64,000 nt of DNA from Pseudobdellovibrionaceae bacterium. GTDB taxonomy: Bacteria > Bdellovibrionota > Bdellovibrionia > Bdellovibrionales > UBA1609. Position 1 is the first letter of the stretch; every line of letters starts with the position of its first letter. Below the pieces are notes generated by a model. That model made no database searches, was not told the origin of the DNA, and was given only the letters and a program-made list of their open reading frames with translations. The stretch spans positions 614-64,613 of the forward strand of contig JABJQG010000046.1 of the NCBI GenBank assembly GCA_018663505.1, read 5' to 3'. Below, one piece after another: positions 46,796-56,342 of this stretch. The position numbers and the translations under genes are program-made.

Positions 46796-49219
46796 ATGAA
46801 ACGTATTAAAAACATAAATAAAAATTTAGTTTTAAAAGTTATAGGCAGCCTGTATTTCATTGTAAGTTATAACTTCACTCTGTCTTTAGATCTCAATGAA
46901 AACTCATCATCAGTGTTACAGGAAAAAGTAACTCAAGATGGTTTAAGAGCTTATTATATATTTGGTAGTACAAATGGAAACCACAGTTTGAGTGGTAATG
47001 ACACCATTATTCCTAATTTAGTTGGAGACCTCGGTTTAACTCTTCCAGAAGGCTCAAATGTAACTAACCCAGCTTTGTTGAATATTACAGTCCCATATCT
47101 ACATACTTTAAATGGACAACATGATATTGATGGAGATGGCACCAATGAAGAATATTATCGTCGATCAGAGATAACTGGTGATTTTATTAAATTTTTTAAA
47201 ACATCAACTCAGGGGCCTATTGCAATAAAATCGGGTGATGCATCTGAATTGGCATCAGAATGTAGTGCTAATGGCGCACTTTCATTAGAGTTATGGTTAG
47301 TTAATAATGACCATAGACCCAGTGTGGTGGGTTTATCTAAAATAGTAAGTTTAACAAGAAACTACGATGAGTTAGGACCTGATAATAATTTAGATGCAGT
47401 TGGCAACTTTTATTTTGGAACTCGATATGATCAATTTGCACTTTATGAAGCTGGGTACCGAACAGGTGCCGATATTGGAGACTTTAGTGTTAAGCAAACT
47501 TCAGTTAGTACAGATTTTTCTCCACAGGTTGATGAACCAACCGCTCGGGTTCAACATGTTTTTTTGACTGTGGATGCTAATAGAACAGAAAAAATTTATG
47601 TATCAGATGGTGCAACAGGTGAACTCGTTAGAATGACAGGAAGTTTATCCTCACATAATGGAAATTTTTTAAATTGGGATAAATCCATTGAGATGGTTTT
47701 GTCCTTAACTAATGAAATATCCAAAGATGACGCTGCCGATACAGCTTTGCCTAATGTTGATGGAGCGACCCAAGAAGAATCAATAAAAAACAAAGCTTGG
47801 TCGGGAAGTTTATACAGTATGGCGATATATTGTGGGGCATTAAGTGAAAGTGAAATCTTAGGTCCAAGAGCTCCAAACCCTTCGGCTAAATTTAGTGGAT
47901 ACGATGGAATTAGCTCTGTTTCCAGAGATACAATTACACCAGCAAGATTAAAAGCAGCTCGGCTTCATTCTCGATTAACAGGAGTTAAAATCCCAATAGA
48001 TCATCCCAGCTTAGATGTGATGGAAACTGAAGTGGCAAAGGGAACGGCATTAGGTATGAAAGCTGCTGCCCAAGAAGCTACAAAACACCCTGACTTTTAT
48101 AATATAACGGTAAAAGATTTTGCAACGAGAATGTCTAATCGAGATGAAACAGTAAATGACAATTTAAATGATTTTATTGCCACTGTAATTGGGGTCACTG
48201 CAGATCATGCCCTAGATGTAGATGATATAGATGGAGCTAATCCCGGAATTAAGCAAAGTGACGCCAGAACTTTATTGTTTGGTAATTTTGTTTATAGGGC
48301 TGACCCAACAAAATCTGCCGTGCCAGCAGAGCCAGTAGATTACTTAGCATCAAACCGTCATTACGAAGAATTAGAGAAAAAACGTTATAATATTGGCAGT
48401 AGCTTGGTGCGCGAACCACAGAGTGTATTTGTGGCTGGAGCAAAACAAAATGTGAACCGTAGAAATGCCGCGGGATTAATTACATCAAGAGCATTCATGT
48501 CGGCGCATGCTTCTGCTGGGACAAATAGACGAATTGTAGAGTACACTTTTAGGCAGTTTCTTTGCATACCCATAGAAAAATGGGCTGATCCATTAGCTGG
48601 TGATGATGTTATTGGACGAGATGTAGAAAGAAGCCCAGGTGGTAGTCATCAAAAATTTAAGACCAGTTGTCGTGCTTGTCACTCTGTTATGGATGGGTTT
48701 AGAGGTTCCACAGCATATTTTGATTTTCCAGATCCACCTAACAGTTTTGTTGTAATCACAGATGAAATGCCAGCACAAGCAGCGACAGAAACAACTGCAG
48801 GACAAAATTTAGTGGTACAAAAAATGAATAGAAATTCAAATGTTTTTCCAGCTATAGGTTTAACTGGAGATGCAAGGTTTCAAGTTAAAAATGATGCTCG
48901 ATTTGTCAATAATGCCATTTATGGAGCAAACGCGAGTTATTTTAAATGGGAAGATAGTATATATCCAAATGGCGACAAAACGGCCGGTGTTCCTTCTGGA
49001 AGTGGGATCAGATCTTTTGGAAAAATGGTTTCTCAGTCAGGAGCCTTTGCCCCCTGTATGGCAAAAAGAGTATATCGCTCTGTGTGTAAGAGGGAACCAG
49101 CTTCTTTTGATCAACCGATGCTAGATAGTGTAGCAAACAAATTTTCCACTACAGGATTTAAATTAAAAGATTTATTTGAAGATATTGCTCTATCACCAGA
49201 GTGTTTAGGTCGTGATTAA
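46796..49219 (+). CDS. LamG-like plus DUF1588/DUF1592-like protein with a CxxCH motif
   Basis: LamG_3-like segment (ALSLELWLV...AWSGSLYSMAIYCGALSESEI). The C-terminal CRACHSVMDGFRG resembles the CxxCHxxxDPxG motif of the planctomycete-type DUF1588 family. Confidence 0.65.
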   Translation: MKRIKNINKNLVLKVIGSLYFIVSYNFTLSLDLNENSSSVLQEKVTQDGLRAYYIFGSTNGNHSLSGNDTIIPNLVGDLGLTLPEGSNVTNPALLNITVPYLHTLNGQHDIDGDGTNEEYYRRSEITGDFIKFFKTSTQGPIAIKSGDASELASECSANGALSLELWLVNNDHRPSVVGLSKIVSLTRNYDELGPDNNLDAVGNFYFGTRYDQFALYEAGYRTGADIGDFSVKQTSVSTDFSPQVDEPTARVQHVFLTVDANRTEKIYVSDGATGELVRMTGSLSSHNGNFLNWDKSIEMVLSLTNEISKDDAADTALPNVDGATQEESIKNKAWSGSLYSMAIYCGALSESEILGPRAPNPSAKFSGYDGISSVSRDTITPARLKAARLHSRLTGVKIPIDHPSLDVMETEVAKGTALGMKAAAQEATKHPDFYNITVKDFATRMSNRDETVNDNLNDFIATVIGVTADHALDVDDIDGANPGIKQSDARTLLFGNFVYRADPTKSAVPAEPVDYLASNRHYEELEKKRYNIGSSLVREPQSVFVAGAKQNVNRRNAAGLITSRAFMSAHASAGTNRRIVEYTFRQFLCIPIEKWADPLAGDDVIGRDVERSPGGSHQKFKTSCRACHSVMDGFRGSTAYFDFPDPPNSFVVITDEMPAQAATETTAGQNLVVQKMNRNSNVFPAIGLTGDARFQVKNDARFVNNAIYGANASYFKWEDSIYPNGDKTAGVPSGSGIRSFGKMVSQSGAFAPCMAKRVYRSVCKREPASFDQPMLDSVANKFSTTGFKLKDLFEDIALSPECLGRD

Positions 49220-49247
49220 TTTTTTATATAAGCTTTAGGAGATAGTT

Positions 49248-49877
49248 ATGAGAGTTTTAAAGAATAAAATATTATCAATACTGAGTATAATTTTTGGGCT
49301 TGCGCTGATTTCAGGAGTTTTTGGAAATGCTTGTAGTGGTGGTTTTAATTCTTCGTACTCAGAGAGCTCCTTAAATGTACAAGCTTTAAATAATGGTGAT
49401 CTTGTGGCAATTGAAGGAAAAGCCACAGTAAGTACAGCGTATTCGAAGCAGTTTCTAGACAATATGTTGTCTTGCACAGGAGTGCTAAACCCAAGTACAG
49501 ATACTTTGCTGGAGTACGAAAATAGAAAGGGGTCCGTGTCAGAATACGGTTACGCAACAAAAATAACAGCTCCAATGCTTATGGCTTTTGTGAGCATAGC
49601 CGGAGAAGTGTGTTCTGACCTTGTGGATTTAGAAAGTGGAAGTACTTCGAGAATGATTTTTAAGGATATTGACTTTAACAGTGAGAGTATTTTTTCCGAA
49701 CAGGTTTCACAATCAGTGAATCGTCTCGCACGGTCTTGCTGGCAAAGAAACGAGACGGATGAAGAATTGTCATATATTATTAATGATGTTTTTTCTGAGG
49801 GATCTGTCACACCTCGAGATGCGGCTGTAATGATGTGCACATCAATGTTAGCTAGTGTTTCAGCCTATGAAATGTAA
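49248..49877 (+). CDS. small hypothetical lipoprotein
   Basis: AGGAG RBS and lipobox-like VFGNAC. 209 aa. Confidence 0.6.
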   Translation: MRVLKNKILSILSIIFGLALISGVFGNACSGGFNSSYSESSLNVQALNNGDLVAIEGKATVSTAYSKQFLDNMLSCTGVLNPSTDTLLEYENRKGSVSEYGYATKITAPMLMAFVSIAGEVCSDLVDLESGSTSRMIFKDIDFNSESIFSEQVSQSVNRLARSCWQRNETDEELSYIINDVFSEGSVTPRDAAVMMCTSMLASVSAYEM

Positions 49878-49918
49878 AGAAACTTAGATTCAATTTTAAA
49901 ATATTCCCGGGGGGGAGA

Positions 49919-51409
49919 ATGAGCAAAAATAAAAAAAATAATGATATAAAACAGGAAGAGACTTTTGAAGAACTTCACAATAAAAGAGTTAAAGAAATGT
50001 CTCGTCGGGAACTTATCAGTTCAGGCTTGATTAAGTTTACAGCTGGAATGGCTCTCCCTTCTATATACAAGGTATTGGCTAATAATGGATTTGCTCAGGC
50101 ACAAGAGATATTTTGCCCCAAAGGGAACTCCTCTGGGCTATGCCCGGTAATAACCTTAAACCTTTCTGGTGGCGCTGGTCTTGCTGCACAATTTGTACCT
50201 CATGATGAGGGTGGTGCTATGCTACAGTCCTACGGCAAACTTGGGCTTGGAAACTTAGCTTCACGTGCCTCTGAAATTATGGACAATTCACCAACTGCAG
50301 ATCCTAATAACATTCAGCGTGAATTTGGTGGTGTGCCTTTTGCTCCCATTCAAGCAGGTGCTGCGGGCAGTTTTTTAGTTGGTGTGCGAACATCGATTAA
50401 TGGAGCTGCGCCAGCAGCATTAGCAAATACTGCTTTTGTGGGAATTCCGGTACAGTCGAGAGATGATTCTGGTGTAAACAAATTTGATATATCAGGAATG
50501 GTTGCTAAGGCTGGTTTAGTGGGTGAAATTTTACCGAACTTAGGTCGAAACAACACCGCCACAGGCTTAAGGCAGGATTTTGCTTTAATTAAGCCACCGA
50601 CGCCATTAATTGTGGGCAATACCGCTGACCTATCTGCAGCACTTGGTGTGGCAGGACGACTATCAAATTTAAATAATGCTCAGAAAACTAAAATATTTAA
50701 AATGGTACAGAATTTAAGTGGATCACAAGCAAGAAAGTTAGCTAGTAATAGTGGAGGCCAAAACCTTGTAAATTTAGTACACTGTGCCACTGGATCAAAT
50801 ACTGATTTGTCATCACAGGATGATTCTATTGTTGCTTTACCTGCTGATATCGAAACTATATGGAATGTAGCAAATCAAAATGGTAACAATCGTGACAGAA
50901 TTTTTGCAACTATGGTTTACAATGGTATTGTTGGAAATGCTGGGACAATTAACTTAGAGCTTGGGGGTTATGATTACCATAACGGAACAAGAACATCTGG
51001 AGAAACAAGAGATCAACAAGCCGGCGAAGTTGTCGGTCGTATTTTGGAAACAGCACAATCATTAGGTCAAAAAATTATGTTAATTGTAACTAGTGATGGA
51101 TCAGTATCTGCTGCTGATGATGGATTTGGAGCGGCTTGGGTGAGTGATAGGGGAAATGCTGGAATGGCCTATATGATGGCCTTTGACCCTGTGGCTAGGC
51201 CAATCACAAGCTCTTTTCAATTAGGGCAGTTTACACTAGGACAAGAAGTAGACACTCAATTTATTACAGGAGGGTCTCCAGAATTAGCAGCAGCAGCAAT
51301 GTTTGCAAATTATCTATCATTAAATAGAAAAGTTGGAGACATAGAAAAAGTAATTCCAAGAACATTTACACAGGCTGATTTAAATAAAATAGTAAAAATA
51401 TTTGGCTAA
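49919..51409 (+). CDS. Tat-signal protein, DUF1552/DUF1501-like
   Basis: N-terminal MSRRELISSGLIKFTAGMALP (twin-Arg-like). LELGGYDYHNGTR resembles the GGWDTH-type motif of DUF1501/1552 proteins. Confidence 0.6.
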   Translation: MSKNKKNNDIKQEETFEELHNKRVKEMSRRELISSGLIKFTAGMALPSIYKVLANNGFAQAQEIFCPKGNSSGLCPVITLNLSGGAGLAAQFVPHDEGGAMLQSYGKLGLGNLASRASEIMDNSPTADPNNIQREFGGVPFAPIQAGAAGSFLVGVRTSINGAAPAALANTAFVGIPVQSRDDSGVNKFDISGMVAKAGLVGEILPNLGRNNTATGLRQDFALIKPPTPLIVGNTADLSAALGVAGRLSNLNNAQKTKIFKMVQNLSGSQARKLASNSGGQNLVNLVHCATGSNTDLSSQDDSIVALPADIETIWNVANQNGNNRDRIFATMVYNGIVGNAGTINLELGGYDYHNGTRTSGETRDQQAGEVVGRILETAQSLGQKIMLIVTSDGSVSAADDGFGAAWVSDRGNAGMAYMMAFDPVARPITSSFQLGQFTLGQEVDTQFITGGSPELAAAAMFANYLSLNRKVGDIEKVIPRTFTQADLNKIVKIFG

Positions 51410-51459
51410 CAAATGTTTATTAGGTTTAAGTTGAAAGGTTTTTTTTAAAGGTGCACGTT

Positions 51460-53421
51460 ATGAATCAAATTACTCGTATAATAGTTGTGTTTTTTGTTGG
51501 GGTAATACCCTTAACATATAATGCTTGTTCTTCTTCTCATACAGGTTCCGATTCATTATCAAGCCTAGATGCTTGTCAACAAAAGCAGTCAACAACTTTT
51601 CAAGAAACATATTATCAATTTGCAAAAACCAATTGTATTACTTGTCATGCTCCTGGAGGAGTAGGGAAAGGATATTTTGCAGGCAGTGACATCGAGGTTG
51701 CTTACAAAGCATTTAGCTATTTGGGATATGCAATGTTTGGCGAACGGGCTAAAGATGATGCTCATGCGCCGCCTTTCAGTGGGTCTAAGCATGCGCAATC
51801 TGTTAAAGACATGGAACAAAAATGGGGAGCACAGGCTGAAGAGTTTGAATTTTGTTTGGCTAGTGGGGATGCCTCATTAGCTCCAATATTCCTTCCAGAT
51901 TCTGAACTAGATTTAAGAGTGCAAACAACACAAAAAAATATTTCAGCCAATTTAATTGGTGAAGATAGTGTAGTGGTTAGTTGGGACTTAGCTACAGAGG
52001 TATACACATCCGATGGTTCTTCGTTACAAGGCGTAACAGGAACATTCTCTGTTACAGTAATTCCTTATATTGATTCTGGTGGGGAGTACTACTATCATAT
52101 TTATCGACCAGAGGTTGTTTCCACTTCGGATATTCGTGTAGAAAGCTTAGTGTTTGGATTTAATGGATCTTACCTTAAGACAGAGAGTACATTCACAAAT
52201 ATTATAGCTGATGTTTACGATAGCGATGATAGAAGTAATAATATTGGAGTGGGATCTGAGATTATTTCAGGTGGTACTTTAATTATAAAAACGGTGCCTA
52301 CAGTAAATGATTTTCTGAAAGTGACATTTGGAGTTATAGAGTCCACAACTTTGGTGAAGCCACCCGCAGGGCCAATTATAACTTTTGCTTCTAACACAGG
52401 CTCAGTTCTAGAGGGGTCTCACTTAAGTGCAGATCCTGTAACTCGAAGAAATGATTATATGGGAGCTTTAAGTGAGATTACAAACGTTTATGAATCTGTT
52501 CCAAATAATAGTGCGTGTGTAACCTTGAATGTTCAAACAGGAGGGGAGAATGACTTTATAAGCCCTGATGAGCCTGTGCGAGTTATTATTGGAGTAATAG
52601 GACAAGGTGGAGCAAAACCAGTTGGTGGTGGCCCTGGAATAACCGCTGTAAATGTGGATATAGGTGGCAATCAAACAGATGTAAATCGATATGATTGGGA
52701 TTATATCTTAGGTAGTGAGACAGTCTTAATTTATCCTGGTGAAGCGAGTAAAGAATTTTGTTTAGAGATTTCAAAGGACAATCGTTTTGAAGAAGGTGAG
52801 ACAGTAGAGGTTACTATTAGCGGAATAGTTGGGGGAACAAATGGCCAAGGAAATACTCCTATGGTGATATCAATTATTGATGATGATGTAGACATTGTTA
52901 CTGAAACAACCGTTTTTGGAGAGCCTTACCAATTTGTTAATAAAATTACATATGGTTATTTAATGGATCCTAATTATCCATACGAGCCTCCTTCAGATTA
53001 TATTAATGTGCCAAAGGGTGTTTTATATACAAACTGTTTTCAATGCCATAATTCGGTAAGAAGGTATGGTAACTATGATTTGTCAAACTATGTAGAACTA
53101 CTGGAAAGAGGGGTTGTGCTCCCACCTGAGGTTGATAATACTTATATTTCATCTGTTTGTAATGATGCAAATGTAATAGCGAACAACGATAACGTTAGTA
53201 ATAGTGCCGAATGCATTACAGCACTAAACAGTGACTTTTCTTCTGTGGACACATCATCAGCAGCTTTTGCTGGGCTTATATCAAATAGCTACATGTATAT
53301 TAGGACAGCAGCCAAAGATAGTACTAATTTTGATACAATGCCTATTGAGAATGGCCCAATGAATATTGATAATATTGATGCAGTAAAACAGTGGATTCTT
53401 ACTGGAGCACTAGACGATTAA
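51460..53421 (+). CDS. protein with two planctomycete-cytochrome-c-like (PSCyt) CxxCH modules flanking Calx-beta-like repeats
   Basis: CITCHAPGGVGKGYF near the N-terminus. CFQCHNSVRRYGNYDLSNY ... MPIENGPMNIDNIDAVKQWILTGA at the C-terminus. The middle segments end in ...ISIIDDD. Confidence 0.7.
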   Translation: MNQITRIIVVFFVGVIPLTYNACSSSHTGSDSLSSLDACQQKQSTTFQETYYQFAKTNCITCHAPGGVGKGYFAGSDIEVAYKAFSYLGYAMFGERAKDDAHAPPFSGSKHAQSVKDMEQKWGAQAEEFEFCLASGDASLAPIFLPDSELDLRVQTTQKNISANLIGEDSVVVSWDLATEVYTSDGSSLQGVTGTFSVTVIPYIDSGGEYYYHIYRPEVVSTSDIRVESLVFGFNGSYLKTESTFTNIIADVYDSDDRSNNIGVGSEIISGGTLIIKTVPTVNDFLKVTFGVIESTTLVKPPAGPIITFASNTGSVLEGSHLSADPVTRRNDYMGALSEITNVYESVPNNSACVTLNVQTGGENDFISPDEPVRVIIGVIGQGGAKPVGGGPGITAVNVDIGGNQTDVNRYDWDYILGSETVLIYPGEASKEFCLEISKDNRFEEGETVEVTISGIVGGTNGQGNTPMVISIIDDDVDIVTETTVFGEPYQFVNKITYGYLMDPNYPYEPPSDYINVPKGVLYTNCFQCHNSVRRYGNYDLSNYVELLERGVVLPPEVDNTYISSVCNDANVIANNDNVSNSAECITALNSDFSSVDTSSAAFAGLISNSYMYIRTAAKDSTNFDTMPIENGPMNIDNIDAVKQWILTGALDD

Positions 53422-53499
53422 GAGTCAGAACTTATTTTTGGCATTGTTTTTGTGGGGAGCCTTCACACTAGAAAGGCAGGAGAGAGCCTAATGGCTCGC

Positions 53500-55791
53500 T
53501 CACTGTTGAATTCTTAAATCTGATGAGGAATCACCGGAAACAGATTTAATATTTTGAAAATGTTCGAGTACTCTTTTTTGAGCATCAGAAATATTGCCAA
53601 AAATAATTTCATCTCTGTTGGGGTGTGCTCTGTCAGAAGCTGTAGCAAGAAAATAAAAGTAGTCTTCCGCATTCAAGTTATATTTTTGAATCAGCTGATC
53701 AGCCATATAAACTAAATAGCCGCTGAGGTGTTTATGAATCCCCCCCCTTTTGAGTAGCTGAGTAAATTCCTCCAAAGATTGATCATTTTTAAAAGTCAAA
53801 GGACTGGAATCGTTATTACCTACAGCTTTATTAAACTTCACTTTAGAGAGTACACTAGCGAGCTCATTGATAAATTTTGCTCTAGGGTTTGTTATACTAT
53901 ACTGTTCAGAAACAATATCACTTTCAGAATTAGAAGAAGTATAATTGTACTGATAAATATGGTTCTTATCAAAATAGTCTTGCAGAAGTTGAGAAAGTTC
54001 TTTGGTCGAAAACTGAGACACAGATCTGATGGCTCGTGGAAACAGGTAAAGCCCATATGATAATGAAAAACTACGTTTAGGTTTCAAATTATCTAAATCA
54101 CTCATGTCGGGAAGTTTTTGCATAAGTTTATTGTAAACATCAATAGGCAGCTCTCTTTGTAAATTAAGAACCAACTTCTTTTGTTCTTTCACATCATAAT
54201 CAGTTTCTTTAACTCGTCTGTTTCGACTTGTGTATAATAGAGACTTATCTTCTTTATCCTCTGAGAGTTCAAAAATAGTGTACCTTGTCATTGTGTTCTC
54301 AAAAGAATAGGTATGACCCCACCAAGCCCTACCGTGCCCACCTGACCGGTTAGATAGATAACTGTAGTTACTAGGTATATTGTATTTATCAATTACAGAG
54401 AATCGGCTTTCATCACTGTACTTCTTTGATTTATAATTTAAGAAGATTAAAAAATTTAGTTCAAAATTGCCGGAATAATCGCTGTGGGTTAGGCTTGAGC
54501 CATAAAAATTTCTTTCAATTTTTGGGTCTAAATCCAATCGGGCTAGTCCTCCATTGTTATCAAACTCTGTAGCATAGGAATTGTTAACAGCTTTAGCTAC
54601 ATTTATATTGTCTTGGTAAGCTTTTTCTAAATGGTATACATAAGGTTTAAGATCTTTAGAAAACTTCTCTAATTGTTCGGAATTAGTAGGACGTATTTGC
54701 TTAGTCATATTCACTAAAGAAAGGTACATTAAATCCATTATAGAATCTTGAGATTGCTCCATAAACTTTTTAAATGTGGATCTCATATCCAAGTTTTCTT
54801 CACGCAAATCTAACATATAGTCTGCCAGAAGAAAATCCTGATTTCTTTTATCTAATAAGCTGAATTTTAACAGTTTTAAATAACGTCGAGCACTTTTATT
54901 CAATGCTTTACCAACAAAGGAGCTTCCAAACACAGTGACTTGATGAAGAAAAGAGGAATTGAGGTAAATTTCTTTTTGATTGCCTCTAATTACAATAGCT
55001 TTTAGTCGAATTTTGTGAGGAGCTGCTTTGAATAAATATAAACGTACGGAACCATAGTTTTTATATTGAGTACCAAGGTTAGAGATAAATTCAGTTTCAC
55101 TTCCACTTAAGTGCTCTGAATTATATCTAGCCTTGAGCTCCATTTTTAGATTGATGGCTATAAAATCCCCTACATCAAATTTCTTGAAATCATCAGCAGT
55201 GGTTGGGATTTCATTTGGGCATTTTGTGTATTTTGGTTTTAAAGCCTCTTCCCAGCCACTTAGTGAGATCATTTCAGTGTCAGGATTTGTGACATCACTC
55301 TCATTAGGTTTGTAATAATACTGTACATCTTTAAATTGTTTTTCAAAAACCACTTCAATTTTAGGTACAAAGCTCACTGAAATGTTCTTATTAATATGAA
55401 CAGCTTTGGAAAGTGTATCGTTAAGGTTATAGTCTAGTCCGGAGGACCAAACATCTCGACGTAAAAATTGGTTTTTTATATATGACTTTCTTACCGTCAT
55501 ATCGAAGCTAAAGCCAGAGAAACTAAGGTCACTTGAAATGGTATTCAAGGGAGTATCAAGTACGTTGGATACTCCGTAGCCTAGTTTTGTACGTTCTAGT
55601 TCTTCCCTAAGCCAGGATTTACTTTTTCCAGCATATTTAACATTTTTAGCTTTTTCTGCTGCCAAAGTAAATTTATTGTCTGGTACATTAGGCTTACAGA
55701 TATCAGTAAGTCCCTCAAAAAAGCTTTCCAGGGATAAGGCAGAGGCGCTAGTTGCACTTATTAGAAGTAGTATTATCAAAATATTTTTCAT
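53500..55791 (-). CDS. large hypothetical secreted protein
   Basis: 763-aa ORF with signal peptide MKNILIILLLISATSASA. No family recognised. Confidence 0.7.
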   Translation of the reverse strand: MKNILIILLLISATSASALSLESFFEGLTDICKPNVPDNKFTLAAEKAKNVKYAGKSKSWLREELERTKLGYGVSNVLDTPLNTISSDLSFSGFSFDMTVRKSYIKNQFLRRDVWSSGLDYNLNDTLSKAVHINKNISVSFVPKIEVVFEKQFKDVQYYYKPNESDVTNPDTEMISLSGWEEALKPKYTKCPNEIPTTADDFKKFDVGDFIAINLKMELKARYNSEHLSGSETEFISNLGTQYKNYGSVRLYLFKAAPHKIRLKAIVIRGNQKEIYLNSSFLHQVTVFGSSFVGKALNKSARRYLKLLKFSLLDKRNQDFLLADYMLDLREENLDMRSTFKKFMEQSQDSIMDLMYLSLVNMTKQIRPTNSEQLEKFSKDLKPYVYHLEKAYQDNINVAKAVNNSYATEFDNNGGLARLDLDPKIERNFYGSSLTHSDYSGNFELNFLIFLNYKSKKYSDESRFSVIDKYNIPSNYSYLSNRSGGHGRAWWGHTYSFENTMTRYTIFELSEDKEDKSLLYTSRNRRVKETDYDVKEQKKLVLNLQRELPIDVYNKLMQKLPDMSDLDNLKPKRSFSLSYGLYLFPRAIRSVSQFSTKELSQLLQDYFDKNHIYQYNYTSSNSESDIVSEQYSITNPRAKFINELASVLSKVKFNKAVGNNDSSPLTFKNDQSLEEFTQLLKRGGIHKHLSGYLVYMADQLIQKYNLNAEDYFYFLATASDRAHPNRDEIIFGNISDAQKRVLEHFQNIKSVSGDSSSDLRIQQ

Positions 55792-55940
55792 TGGATGATA
55801 GTACCATGAAAGGGGTCATTCTTGTGTTATTACAGGATAATTGTAAATTGTACAGTGAGCGTAAAGAATTTTTTCAGAGTTAAATATGAGGATTAACTAG
55901 AGGAGAAGATCCATAAGTTTTGAGAATTAAAACTGGGGTA

Positions 55941-56198
55941 TTAGGATTCGCCGCCATCATCGCCAATGGCCTCCACAGGACAACCATCTAGCGCTTCTTT
56001 GCATTGTTCGATTTCATCCTCGGTGAGGGGTTGCTTGCTCACGTAAGCATGACCATCATCTTCGTCCATCATAAAGTTATCTGGAGCACTCATGACACAG
56101 GCGTCGCAGGCAATGCACTCATCATCAACAAAAAACTTTCCTGGTTTATTATCTTCAAATTTTCTATCTTTATCTGCCAAAACAACCTCGTAAATCAA
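55941..56198 (-). CDS. small ferredoxin (single Fe-S cluster type)
   Basis: CIACDACVMSAP ... CPVEAI. Confidence 0.8.
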   Translation of the reverse strand: MIYEVVLADKDRKFEDNKPGKFFVDDECIACDACVMSAPDNFMMDEDDGHAYVSKQPLTEDEIEQCKEALDGCPVEAIGDDGGES

Positions 56199-56342
56199 AA
56201 TAAGTATAATTATATTAAATATTTAAATGTATAATCCTCGGTAAAGCCACAGCTCTTTAAGAAGGAAATTCTTTACATTTTCCCACAGGGCGTGTAATTC
56301 ATCAAGGTATATAACAATCAATTACAATAGGAACTCTCGCTA

